Below the pieces are notes generated by a model. It had not been told where the DNA came from, ran no database searches, and saw only the letters and a list, made by a program, of their open reading frames with translations. A stretch of DNA of 64,000 nt from Babesia bigemina. Lineage: Eukaryota. The DNA lies in the NCBI RefSeq assembly GCF_000981445.1, contig NC_027219.1, positions 496,001 through 560,000 of the forward strand, given 5' to 3'. Below, one piece after another: positions 1-11,522 of the stretch. Position numbers and translations under genes: made by a program. Numbering within the stretch: position 1 is the first letter of the stretch; every line of letters starts with the position of its first letter.

Positions 1-434
1 ATGTAGACGACGGTGTCCACCTTGCCCTTCAGCCGCAGCAGCGCCTGGTTGACCGAGAGGCGTTTCCTCACGTGCTTGTTCAGCTTGACCAGCGAAGCCC
101 GCCCGCGCGAGTTTTGCGAGAAGAAGATGCAGTTCTGCCGCAGGATGGTGTTTATCCAGCCCTCGCGCGTGTACAGCTGGTTGGGCGCCTTGAACATGTT
201 GGCGCAGATGAACTCCAGCAGCGACAGCGCCAGCGGCGCCGGCAGGTCCGCGACCGTGGCTTCAATGGCCCGCATGTCGTTGGTTTGCAGCAGCCGCTCC
301 AGGAGCGGCTTGTCGGCCGTCAACAGCGCCTGGCTCAGTGACACCGAGAACGACCGCTCGCTGATGACACTCGCCCTGGGCGTGTCCTCCTTGGCCATCC
401 TGACCAACAGCGGAATCTTCGTACGGCGACTCAT
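1..434 (-). CDS. Utp12/Dip2-domain protein (UTP5/WDR43 C-terminal-like, SSU processome); 3' end runs off the window
   Basis: Minus-strand translation MSRRTKIPLLVRMAKEDTPRASVISERSFSVSLSQALLTADKPLLERLLQTNDMRAIEATVADLPAPLALSLLEFI...GWINTILRQN...LLRLKGKVDTVVY matches the Utp12-domain pattern. First in-frame ATG is 434; alternative is 398. Absent from the ORF track because its stop lies outside the window. Confidence 0.75.
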   Translation of the reverse strand, partial: MSRRTKIPLLVRMAKEDTPRASVISERSFSVSLSQALLTADKPLLERLLQTNDMRAIEATVADLPAPLALSLLEFICANMFKAPNQLYTREGWINTILRQNCIFFSQNSRGRASLVKLNKHVRKRLSVNQALLRLKGKVDTVVY

Positions 435-741
435 CCGTTCCTGCGAATAGTGCGACGGTACTTGGAGCTGGAGTTCGACAGAAACGTCTCGTCTGTCCGC
501 CACGCGGGGTGCCGCTGGTACTGCTTGCCGAAGATGTACGGGCTCAGGTGCTTCGGGATGCCTCTGGAGCGCGGGGCGGGGTTGGACAGCGCCTGTTTGT
601 GGCGCGGGTTCGCGTTGCAGTCGACGCCTGCGGGTATTCGGGAGCGCTCCTCGTAAACCTACCCAGTATGGGCACGTGCCAGCGCCGAATCACGTAGCGG
701 CAGGAGCTGCACAGCAAGGTCAACGTCCCGCGGTGCCACAT
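431..741 (-). CDS. bL36m: Organellar (probably mitochondrial) ribosomal protein bL36 with C-terminal extension; 2 exons, intron 628-662
   Basis: Splicing the 35-nt GT..CAG intron gives MWHRGTLTLLCSSCRYVIRRWHVPILGVDCNANPRHKQALSNP...RRNG*, with the bL36 Zn-ribbon CxxC...CxxxxxHKQ. An additional upstream exon is possible. Confidence 0.8.
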
Positions 742-1129
742 GAAGCACCGCCGATTGACGCCACGCGCACGCTACAGCCGCTGTACCGTTAATCGATGCC
801 CCGGTGGACGAAGGCGACCGTGAGCTACCGAATGGATCCACAACTAAGGAGGCCAAGCGCGCGTCTCAAAAGCTGCCGCCGGCGGTGAATCCACGGTGTC
901 TTTCGGTGCGTTATGCGATAAATACGAACGAAATTGACGGCGGTACAGCGTGCTGCCTATTGGGCTGCGCGGGCGGTGAGCCGTTGTTAGTACGACGCCG
1001 CGACGCACTAGCGCCCTAGCCGCAACCGCGGTGACACTCTAGAGCTTAAAGGTGACAGAGGCGCAGCTATAGGCTTCTCTGCAAAAACGAAGCTGTTTCC
1101 ACCGTGCAGAAGCAGACGTGCTCTCGCTC

Positions 1130-2328
1130 ATGGCAGGAAGTTCGTCGATGTCTGCACACTACCAGTCCAGCAGCGACGAGGGAACGGCGCAGGAACCAAT
1201 CCACTCTGCATACCGCCATTTCCGCTACGTTCGCGACCGGGAGTACGCCAACGCCGTCTTCTAGTAGCTCATGGTGCCGCAGGTCATGGCTGGCCGACCT
1301 AGTCGACATCCACGTGGACGACGTTTACCTGCAGAAGATCGTCATGAACTACCTCGTGGTGAACATGTGTGAGGAGAGCTATTCGAGGTTCATCGAGGAG
1401 ACTGGTTATACAGGTAATTTGCGTGCGTGTGCTGCGTAATGGCTGCGTCATGCAGAGCGGAAGCGATGGGCGTCGATGGGTGCGCTGTACACGTCGCGCC
1501 GCATCCATCCGCGCGCCGTCTTCTATCGCGCCGGCGCACCGAGTCGCATCTGGCTTTGCGGCCAGACGCGTAGCAGGCGGCTATCAGCTGGGGTGCCGAA
1601 CCGAATGATGACTACATGGGGGTTACTCGATGCCGCACCCGCGGTGCCGGCGATGAAGAGACTCCATCATCCTTGCACTGAGTGTTTCGATGGCCCTTCA
1701 CGCATGCTGTTGCACAGTTTCACTAATCCCACTCCCGATTCACGATGCGGCAGGACCCGACCTTTCCCACACCATAGCCAGCAGGCGCCGAATCAGGGAC
1801 GCGATCCTGGAGTGCAGGGCGCGGGATGCGCTCGATCTCATCAACGGCGTCGACCCCAAGATACTGCAGAAGAACGTCCACATACTGTTCAACTTGCTCT
1901 CGTGCGACCTCATCGATATAATAAAAACGGTAGGCTCGACCCGGGGCAGTTAACGCGCCACGCAGGGCGACTCCAAAAAGGCAGTGGAATATGCACGGCG
2001 CATGCTGGCGCCGTGCGTGCAGAAGGACCGCTCCCTCATCGAGAAGCTGGAGGAGATTTTGGGTCTGATCGCGTTCGGCAACATGGAGGACGTCGACCCC
2101 TTGGATCTCAAACACAAGATATATCGGCCGGAGGACACGGCTAAGCTCGTCGACATCGCACTAATGAAACATTTTCGCCAGGACACGCGCATCATGCTCG
2201 TGTCGCTCGCCAAAGAGGCTGCGTGGTTGCAAGGGAAGCTCTCCGACCAGGAGGTGTGGAAGCACATCCGGTACCGTGACCTCGGGCGCGCCGGCATCGC
2301 CTTCACACATGACGTCAATAAGCTTTAA
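1130..2328 (+). CDS. GID8: GID8/TWA1-like LisH-CTLH-CRA protein (CTLH E3 ligase subunit); 4 exons
   Basis: Spliced product ...DRESWLADLVDIHVDDVYLQKIVMNYLV (LisH)...RRRIRDAILECRARDALDLINGVDPKIL (CTLH)...AVEYARRMLAP...LEEILGLIAF (CRA). Introns ~1243-1282, 1414-1753, ~1929-1964. Confidence 0.8.
1600..1688 (+). ncRNA. Intronic box C/D snoRNA, predicted guide for U6 snRNA 2'-O-methylation (human A70 equivalent)
   Basis: C box ATGATGA 1605-1611; D'-like TCGA 1627-1630; internal hairpin GCACC-cgc-GGTGC; C' ATGAAGA 1653-1659; guide TCATCCTTGC 1667-1676; D box CTGA 1678-1681. Lies in a 340-nt intron. Confidence 0.72.
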
Positions 2329-2331
2329 AAT

Positions 2332-3168
2332 TCACTTTTGTCTCTCAAACGGGAATACGTGCACGTTGCTGCCCCGGGCGCGCCGCACCTGGCGCTTCTT
2401 GTGCACAGCCACGCGCAATTCGCGTTCCGCGTCCAGGCGTTGCCGCAACTGGTCGTCCGCGCGTTTGGCCTCGATGGTCTCACTCAGTGCGATCAAGTGC
2501 TCCCGCACGCGTTTCGTGGCACGGGAGCGCCGAGGGGCGGTCGATGCATGCGCCTTGGAGCCAGCTTGCGATTGCTTCCCACGCCTGGTCTTGGCTGCCG
2601 GCGCGGCGTCGCTGTCAGATCCGTCGCTGGCATCCGACGACTCGCCAGAATCTGACGGGCACCGTCTAGTGGCGCCAGCGGTGGCTGAGTCCGGGTCCGT
2701 GTCTTCTCCCTCGTCGGAATCCGAGCCGTCTTCAAACGTCACGTGCTTGCCGCCGTCCATGAGCAGCGTTGCGTTATCCGTGACCGCTGCCTGCGCGCGC
2801 TTGCCTTTCACAGCGGAACGGTGGCGCAGCACGAGGCGGTTCCGGTCCAGCTCCTCGAGACTGCGGCGGAACTGGCCCTTCTTGTCCAGTTTGCGCGCCG
2901 CCACCGAGGCCGAAGAGGGCAGCACCACCACCCCGTCGTCGCCCAGCTTGCCGTGGACCATCTTGAAGTTGAACTCGTCCTCATTGCGGAACCTGGCCTT
3001 GGCAGCAAGGTCACGAATCCGGCGTTCCATAACATGGTAGCGCTCGGCACGCTGCTTGTAGTCGCGCTTCTTCTCCAGGAAGCGTCCGACACGCGCACGG
3101 CGCGCCTGAGGCTGCGAACGCTCCAGGTGCACCCGGCGGTGGACGACGTGCCGCAGACCTTCCGCCAT
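2332..3168 (-). CDS. UTP11: U3 snoRNA-associated protein 11
   Basis: HRRVHLERSQPQARR..GRFLEKKRDYKQRA..YH...KARFRNEDEFNFKM and C-terminal FPFERQK are Utp11 signatures. Confidence 0.92.
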   Translation of the reverse strand: MAEGLRHVVHRRVHLERSQPQARRARVGRFLEKKRDYKQRAERYHVMERRIRDLAAKARFRNEDEFNFKMVHGKLGDDGVVVLPSSASVAARKLDKKGQFRRSLEELDRNRLVLRHRSAVKGKRAQAAVTDNATLLMDGGKHVTFEDGSDSDEGEDTDPDSATAGATRRCPSDSGESSDASDGSDSDAAPAAKTRRGKQSQAGSKAHASTAPRRSRATKRVREHLIALSETIEAKRADDQLRQRLDAERELRVAVHKKRQVRRARGSNVHVFPFERQK

Positions 3169-3572
3169 CACGAAACCAGCAGGCGACTAACAAGCAGGAG
3201 ACGCAGACGGCGCTGACGACGTTATAAGGGCACACAGCACAGTTACCTCGCCGCAAGTGACGGCCAAAACAGCCTCCTTGGCCACCTGGTTTGCGATGCG
3301 GGAAAAGCCGATCACCTCGCTGCACAACGTCCGAACACCAGCGGCCGCAACTCACCGCCAATTTACGCTCGGGCCGACTATAAATACCAAGAATCTAAAA
3401 AATGGTCAGAAGGAGGCGCTTAGCCCACCTAGAGTGCGATAAAGCGGGCCCGGCAGCGCCGTAGACAACCACTTCGCCGCCGAACTTTCCGCCGGGCAAT
3501 GGCAGCAGCCCCTGCGCCGTGAAGTGCCTGCACAGCGCGCTAATGGCGTCTTCGCCTGTCAAAATGGCGATT

Positions 3573-6500
3573 TCACCGTCCATCCGGTTGCCGCAGCTCC
3601 TCGTATAGTGCCCGCAGCACGGCCTCGTCGCCGCGGGAGTGTGCGCCTAACAGCGCCCCCAACGTGGCGGCGGGCGAGCGCTTCTGCGCGCGGAAGCGCC
3701 TGGAGACCTTCTCCGCCATCTCGAGGACGTTGGGTGGGATCCCGGCGAGGCGGGCGACGTGGATGCCGTGCGACTCGGGGCACTGCCCCTGCGCCAGCTT
3801 GTACAGGAAGGTCAGCGTACGCGCCTCGTCGTCGAAGGCCGCCGTCATGTGGCACAGCGTGACCCTGGGTAGCCGCAGCGCGTACGCGCAGACCTCCTGG
3901 AAGTGGGTCGTGAACAGGCAGCGGCACCCGATGGAGTCGATCTTCTCCAGGCACGCGGCAGCTATGGCCGTGGCGTCAAACGTGGAGGTGCCCCTGCCCA
4001 GCTCGTCGACGAGCACCAGGGAGTCCTTTGTGCCCTGCAGCCATCGTAACCGCGCGTTGCGGAGCGAAACGTACCGTATGCAATATCGACGACACCTCCT
4101 CCATCTCCACCAAGAAGGTGCTCTTGCCCTGCATGAGGTTGTCGGACGCTCCTAGGCGAGTGTAGATGCGGTCCACCGCTGTCATCCTGCACTCGGACGC
4201 TGCACGTAGCTCGTGAAGGCGTTTATAGAAATGCTGGACTCACCAGGCACAAAAGAGCCGATCTGTGCCATTATGGCACACAGCGCGGTCTGACGCAGCA
4301 GGGTCGACTTGCCGCCCATGTTGGGCCCGGTGATGAGCAGCAGATTGCCGTAGTCCCCGTGGTTCAGATGGATGTCGTTGGGCACGAAGGAGTCGGGGGT
4401 GAGTTGGGAGACCACGGGGTGGGCGCTTGCACGCAGATACATGTACGGCTCGGCGGAGCCGCGCTCGAAAACCTCAGGCCGCACCAACGGTATCACCGCG
4501 TGCTTGGCCACTGACGCGAGGCTGCACAGACAGTCCAGCTCCGCGGCGGTCACCAGCAGTTCGCTGAACACGCCGCGGCGGTCGTGCAGCAGCCGCACCG
4601 CATCCTGGAAGAACGTGAGCTCGCTCTGCGTCAGCGCGAATTCGTGCTCCTCCAGCTCGTTCACGAGCGATACTATGCGGCTGGTGCGCACGCGCACGTG
4701 CCCCGCCTTTGTGGAGGTTATCTCGAGCGACTTCCCGCTTTGGGAGAGGCGGCGGTGGTCGCGTTCGTTGAGCTCGACCTCGTAACGGAACTTCGTGTGC
4801 ACGAAGCAAGCGGACGGGCAGGTCTTCTGAATTTCCACAAGCAGCGCGTCCAAACGCGACTTCGTGGCGTCAATGCGGCTGCGGACTTCGTCGGATTCCT
4901 TCCAGACGCCGGGGCGGCTGCTGCACGTCTTCAGGCCGGTGACGTTCAGACGCGCGTTCAGCTCTCCGCAGTGGCCAGTCACCTTGGCGACGCTGGAGGA
5001 CATTTCCCTGAGCAGCGACGGGCACTCCGCGCCGTACTCCGCAGCCTCGGAGAAGAAGGCCGACACGTGCTGCTGCAGCCGGTCGAAGTTGGCGAGCAGC
5101 AGGTGCAGATCGTAGATCTTGGTGAAGACGCCCTCGTCGAAGTACACCGCCATCTTGTAGCACCCCGCGGCGGCATTGAGCACCTTGCCGAAGGAGCGCT
5201 CGAGGTCGGGGAGCAACGACAGCTGCTCCTGGTAGGTGCTGCAAATGGAGAAGTTGCGGCTCAGGAATTCCACCGTCCGGCTGCGGGCATTTATGCGCTT
5301 CGCGCTCATCAGGGGCTTGAGCACCCAGCGCCGCAGCATGCGCTCGCCGAAGGGGCAGCATGTCTTGTTCAGGAATCCGAACAGGCACGCCGAGTTGTCG
5401 CCCTCCTGGGACTTGAACAGCTCCAACTGGGTGAGGGCGGCCCCGTCCAGGGTCATGTACTGGTAGTTGTCGGCGCCCAGCGTCTTGACTGCGCAGTAGT
5501 TCAGCAGGTTGTCCAGCATCACTGAGCGCAGGTAGCGCTGCAGTAGCAGCATCAGCCTCTCGTAAGCGGCGTTGCTGCTGCCGAGGGCAGCCTTCGCGCG
5601 CTCCTCGAAGGCGCCGTAGTCGACCTCGGCGATCTTGACGTCGCTATTGCCAACGTTTTCCGGGGTGAACTGGTGCGCGCAGTTGAAGGACGTCAGCTCG
5701 AAGCCCATGTACACCGTCATGCCGTACAGCTCATTCAGCGAACCTATGGTGGCGGCGTCGACAACGACCTCGGCCGGGTTCACCGACGCGACGAGCGCCC
5801 GCAGCTCCCCCAAACCCAGGGAAATGTCCACCATCCCCAGCGCAATCGTTCCCATGGAGGCGTCCATCGAACAGATGCACAGAAGGCGCTCACCTGGCAA
5901 GTCCTTGATCTCGTTGGTTTGGCGCCGCCTGGAGCCAAAGCGGCTGTTCCTACGCCCCGAGGAGAGCGTCGATGGGTTTGAAAAGCTCGGGTTCGTTTTA
6001 GCACGGGCAGTGGGGGTTGAGGGCTGCGCAAGGTCACCCGTGCCACCCACATGCGCTGTCGGCGCCTCCGCTGCAACCGGGGCTGTCGCAGCCGGCGGCA
6101 CCACGGCTTCCGCGATCAGCAGCAGCTGCTTGGATTGCGTGCCCAACATGTCAGGGCGAGTGATGGTGCCCGGTGTGATGATCTCGCATATAGCACGAGA
6201 GACGGTGTTCTGGCGCTGCCCGGTTTCGCGGTTGCGCTGCTCCAGCTGCTGAGGGGTTTCTGTCTGCTCCACCACCACCACCTTGTACCCCCTTGCGACG
6301 CAGGCGGACGCGTAGATGTGCAAGCTCTTCTCCGGGAAGCCCACGTGCGGCTTCGCCTCCGAGCCCATCCAACGCAGGCCGCAAATCTCCTGCACGATGC
6401 ACGCGTCGTGGTAAAACAGCTCGTAGAAACGACCCATCTTGAAAAACAGCAGCTGGTCGAAGCGGTCCTGCTTCACGTACCACCACTGCTGCATGCACTC

Positions 6501-7682
6501 GGTGAAGTGGCAGCTGCGGAAGGCGACGGCCCAACGGTGGCTGCGCGAGGGGACCCACAGCGTGCTCGGGTCATACGACTCGTCCGTGGGGCGCAGGCCG
6601 TTGCGGTCACGGATCTCGCGGATCTGCACCCACGGCGGGAACACGAAAGTCTCGTTGTAGCGGTAGTAGTGCTCCACGTATGCCTTGAAACACCGGCTCT
6701 TCTGGCTGGCCGGGCACGTCAGGTACAGCTTGCGCTCCTCATCGGTGACGCAGTCCACGCTCTGGGAGCACGCGGTGAACTTCTCGGAGCCCACGGTGAG
6801 CTTGCCTGCTGTGGCGACTGCCGAGCCTCCCTCCACCTCGCGGCGGTCCACGAAGGTCAACTCCTCCACATCACCATCGTGACCCACGTACTGCGTTGCA
6901 ACACGTTTCGTGGCGGCGCCCTCGTCCTTCCCCGACGACGCGCGGCCTCCCTTGCGCGCCTGCTTGCGCCGACCCTGCCCGGGCTCGTCGTCCACGTCGG
7001 GAGGCCGGGTTCCACTGGCACGCAGTGAGCCCAGGGTGCCCACACCGGCGACAGCGCTATCAGCGGGGCTCAAGGAGCTGGTCCGCTCGTTGGGCGACAC
7101 CGTCGTCGTTGGGCAGTCTTTTGGGGTTTCCGGCGAGGCGTCGCCTCCGGCCAGCACCCCCTGGGTTCCAGCCGTGTACGACCCGGCAGTGTCGCTCTGG
7201 GCGATAAAGTGCTCAATAACATCCAGGTGGGCGCCAATGAACTCGTCGGTGATTTCGGTGCACTTCAGCTTCTCAGGCACGAAGCCGTTGTCGAACATCA
7301 GGCTGCGCTTGCGGCAGATGGGCGATTCGTCGCCGTCGTCGAAAGCGTCCTGCTGCGAAGCGTCCGAGGTTGACACCCGGCAGGTGTCTATGGAATCGGG
7401 CCTCGGTTCTGCGGGCGCGACGCTCTCGCACGTGTAGGTGCGCTTCAGAGCGTCTTCATCCTTGAGCGGGTCGCTGTTGCGGAGTGATGGCGACAACGAC
7501 GGCACCTTCGCAACATCTACGACCTTTCCTACCTCCGGATCCGCTGAAGGGTTGTCGGCAGCGGCGGGAGCAACAACATCCTTAGCCACGCCGCTCTGCG
7601 CATCGGACGACGGTGTGTCGTTGCTGCCAATAGACACCGTCCTCGGGCGCGTTGCAAAGTAAGCTTTAATGCCGAGCTGCAT
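3573..7682 (-). CDS. MSH6: DNA mismatch repair protein MSH6; 3 exons
   Basis: N-terminal PIP box [19 protein letters not shown] (MSH6 Phe-X-Glu); Walker [49 protein letters not shown]. Two short introns near 4040-4075 and 4190-4242. Confidence 0.95.
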
Positions 7683-8269
7683 TTTGTCACGCACACATCA
7701 CACAAAGCACTGCCTGGTAAGGAAGGGAGATCACGCGGTTGGGCTCGAGCAAGACAACGGTAGGGACCTCATGACGCTGGGCGCCAATGATACACACACG
7801 AACAGCCGCGGTGTCCGCGGCTTGTATGCACCTGATTAATGCCCATTAAGCCACTCCTGGCTGCTGGGTGCTGAGACATGCGGTAATTCACAGGCGTCGG
7901 ACGGTGTTTACACATTCCGACCGCTAACCCATAAAACAGGAATGGTTGCCGTAATAGCTCCGAAACTGAACTCAAAACACTGTAAGGGTCACGGCGTGGT
8001 CATGTCGCGAATCTTGGCGTCGTGCCGGGACGACGCCTCCTGCCCAGAGGCAGGCCACACTACCCAGAGGCGCGTTGAGTCCAACCCGGGCAATAGCGCA
8101 TCCGTTCAAGCGCCCCCTAAAGTACCGCTAGCACGGATATGCGTGGTTGCTTCGCTTAATGGCGCTGCGCAGCTAACGTTCAGAATATGACAACATAAAT
8201 TACGCACTTGGCAGTCGCAGCGGTACGTGGTTAACCGCCTTATTAGAGGGCAATCGTGCTACGTGGCAC

Positions 8270-10920
8270 TCACTTCTTCCTGCCGCGGCGGCGCCTGCAA
8301 GCGGATGACGTAGCTAATCACAAGTCCAAACCTGGTGTTGGCAGCATCCGTGCTGATGGTGACGCTGGTGGGCTTGTTGCTCGTGGCGGCGCCAGTGGCG
8401 CCCTGCGTTTGGCCCTTGTGCATGTCCTTCCTGCGCTTCAGCTGCTTCTTGAACGCGGCGCGCTGGTACTTGGGCAGCCAGCGCTCGGGGTCGGGAGGAC
8501 CACGCGACGTGTCCACTTTGGGCGCACGACGACGCTTACGCGATTTGGTGGGCTTGCGCACCTCCTCCATTTGACGGACGTAAGACAAGGTCCCTGCGGC
8601 CTCCAGATCCTCCGGATCGATGTAGCGGAGCTCCTTGAACAGAGGCCCGGTGAACGACGCGGGCAAGGTGCACTGCGTGGCGCCGGCGGCACCAGGCAAA
8701 AACGACTCGTTGAACAGGACACCGCAGAGGGCGGTGGCGTTTTCGGGGTTGCTCGCATGCAGGTGTCGGTATATCTGCGCGGCTTCGGAGTGCATGCCTT
8801 GCGATTCGAGAAAACGACAGCCCTGCTGCATTGTAGAGGCGGTCTCCGCGCAATCTGCGAGCTCAACCAGGCGCGAGAGCACCTCGACAACACCTTGGCG
8901 GTTTCCCATGTTTATGTGGCACTGCATCACCACCCACCAGTAAAAACCGGACGCGTCACCGCCCGATAAGGTGGCCTCGTACGCCTGCGCAGTGTGCAGA
9001 GCCGATTTGAAACGGCGGGTAGCCACCAGCACGTTCAGAAGCGAGCGAATCAACATCAGGCTGCCAGGGTTGGCGGCAATACCGCGCTTCAACACGTTGA
9101 TGCTGCAATCGATCTTGCCCTCCACATACTCTGCGCAGGCGAGGCAGTTGTGCAGGCTGTCGTCATGTCGCAGCCGGCCCACGAATTTCAAAAGGTGTCG
9201 GCGGCAAGCGCTGATGTCGCCGCTTGCCAACAGACGGAGCACTATATTGCGGTGGACGTCCAAAAGTTCACGGCGCGTAAACTTGCAGACCACGTTGGCA
9301 CGCTTCAGAAGCAGCTCCATCTTCAACATCAAATTCGACGTATCGGCGTCTTGGCCGCAGAGACAAAGCGCGTTGTTGCGAAGGATCAGGAGGACGCCGG
9401 GGTCGACACCTTCCGTGGAGTCGAAACTGTCCAGCAACGCGTCGCTGTGGGTGCGAGCCAGATCATGGCACCCGCGCCGATGCAGCAGGAACACGCGCAG
9501 CGCGCCGAGTGCCGCGTATTCCGGCTGATCCTTGGACGTCTGTTTTTCACCGAGGTCGTTTTGTAGCTCCGCAGTCAGACGCTCCTCCGACACGTCCAAG
9601 TGCCCCTGCGAGCTTTCGAAATCGCCTTCCAACAGCTTCGCGATGGCCCAGTTGTAGAAGTACTCGTACCCCAAGCTGTCTCCTGTTCCGGACTTCTCGG
9701 TGATGCCGCGCTCAATGGCCGCGAAAATCGAGTTCCGAGAGGCATCGTCGAGCTCGGGCACCAGGTTGAGGTCCGTGCTCAGGGAGTTGAGGGCAACCAG
9801 CGGGTCGTTCTTCGAGGCCAACGCTGACGCATAGAGCGCGCGTGCAGCAGAGTAGCGCCCAAGCCGTACGTAAACTTGGGCCAGCAGAAAGCGGTACTTC
9901 GGAGACAGCGTCTCGTCCAAATGCACGTCATCATCGGACGCCTCCGCGGAATCAGCCGCCACGTTGCTTTTGTGCAGCACACGTGGGCGCTCGTCCGATG
10001 AGCACATACGCAACGCAATCAGCGCCCTCTCAGGGTCACCTAATTTGTAGTAGCTGTATGCCTGCTCAAAGTGCAGCCACTGGCATTCTCCGTTGGCAAT
10101 GTGGGTGCCGGCAGCTCCACGTACGGCCTCAAGTCGATCTGCGTGCTGCTCTTCCCGACGCTGGCGATTTTCAGTTCGTAGCCGCTTCGGGCACCGCTTG
10201 TTGCCGCTGTAAACAACGGCCGGGTGCTCGACGAACAGGTGGAGCCACCCCACAGTGTCGAGACATGACTGCCACAGGGACAGCTGGATGTCACAGTAGC
10301 ATTTGGCCCGGTATAACTCGTTCACTCCGCCATGGACTCGGATTGCTGCAAACGGTCAGAACGTGGTGCACAGATTCAAACAACGAGATGCAGTGTCCCA
10401 CTAGCCCACAAACGAAATTATTAGTTTCCATAGAAAATTAAACAGAGCAGACTTAAGTGACACGCATGTAAAACACAGCAGTGTATGGACGCGTCATGTG
10501 GATGTATGATTACCGACGGTGCTAGAAACCTCCACACCGTTGCGTCGGCGAATCCCTCAACGACGCAGATGCAAAAGCGCAAAAAACGAAGCTGCCGAGG
10601 GCAATACTTACAAAACGGTTAATTTTGATATTGTAAACGCATTTCCAACACGTATAGAAGCCAGAACATAAATGAATCTCTAAAATTACTAGGCTACAAT
10701 ACCGAGGTACGGAAGAAGACTATGCAACGGGGCTTACGCCGCGAAATTGCCGCCAGCGGCCTCAAGCAGCCAACTAAAATAACAAGACCCATACGGCACG
10801 AAAGGACCTACCCTTGTGGCACAGACGACTAGCTTGCGCAAGTTGGCCTTCGTCAATCAGGTGTTTCACTTCGCGCAGCGCAGTATCTGCGGAACCCGTA
10901 TAAGCCGATTTTCCAGCCAT
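8270..10920 (-). CDS. SRP72: Signal recognition particle subunit SRP72; 3 exons
   Basis: PDPERWLPKYQR and GQTQGA RNA-binding motifs; TPR-like FEQAYSYYKL. Exon 1 (MAGKSAYTGSADTALREVKHLIDEGQLAQASRLCHK) is joined over a 466-nt intron (10346-10811). A last short intron gives ...RRRRGRKK*. Confidence 0.9.
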
Positions 10921-11522
10921 CGTGAATTACAGGTCTAAAATAATGCGTAAACCCCGAGTTGGGTTCTCTTATAGAGTGGCCTACGAGAGAGGCCGTTGCG
11001 TCCATAGGCTGCGTCAGGCCATGTAGTGTGTTGGACGTCCTTCGCCGACATCGGCGGACGGATGCCGACGGTACTTAGTTGAGTGTGAAAGCTGGTACTG
11101 TGATTTAAGCAGTGGAATGGCTAAGTCTCAATGTGCGTTTCGCAAGTGTTCTATCGCGGTCGCCAGATGATATGCGGAAAAAGCAAGTGTCGCTGGCGTG
11201 AATTCCTGCCTTTTGGGCGGTTTACGGTTGCGATTGTTTAAGCAATAAGATGTGTAAGGCCGTCGTACGCGAAATTAAGCATTGGATGGGAAACGAACTT
11301 ATGGCCTTTGTGCCTTCAATAACCTGGCAGCTCGCGTTTAATAGCGACCACGCGGCACCGTATAAATACACATCAAGTGTGAATATTGATTAGTCGCGTA
11401 TGTAGCGATCTGTTTGATGCCATACGAAAACTCTAATTGCGCCTGGCGTCGTCGCTCAACGGGGGGTGGCGCCACGACGCGTAGGTGGAAGGTAACCGCC
11501 GCCACTCAAATCCCTCAGCAAA

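Noticed and set aside
3600..10300. Many long plus-strand and alternate-frame ORFs over MSH6 and SRP72 (similarly over PIG-O and ProRS)
   Set aside because: Shadow ORFs arising from GC3-rich codon usage; no recognisable domains.
10722..10740. AACGGGGCTTAC resembling RNase MRP CR-V
   Set aside because: No upstream CR-I (GAAAGTCCCC-like) able to form P4. The AAACCCC and GAGAG-loop look-alikes lie downstream (~10950-10995), the wrong order.
10950..11230. Several small hairpins in the SRP72/PSMB2 divergent region
   Set aside because: No snRNA, SRP, U3 or tRNA signature recognised; such stems are expected at this GC content.
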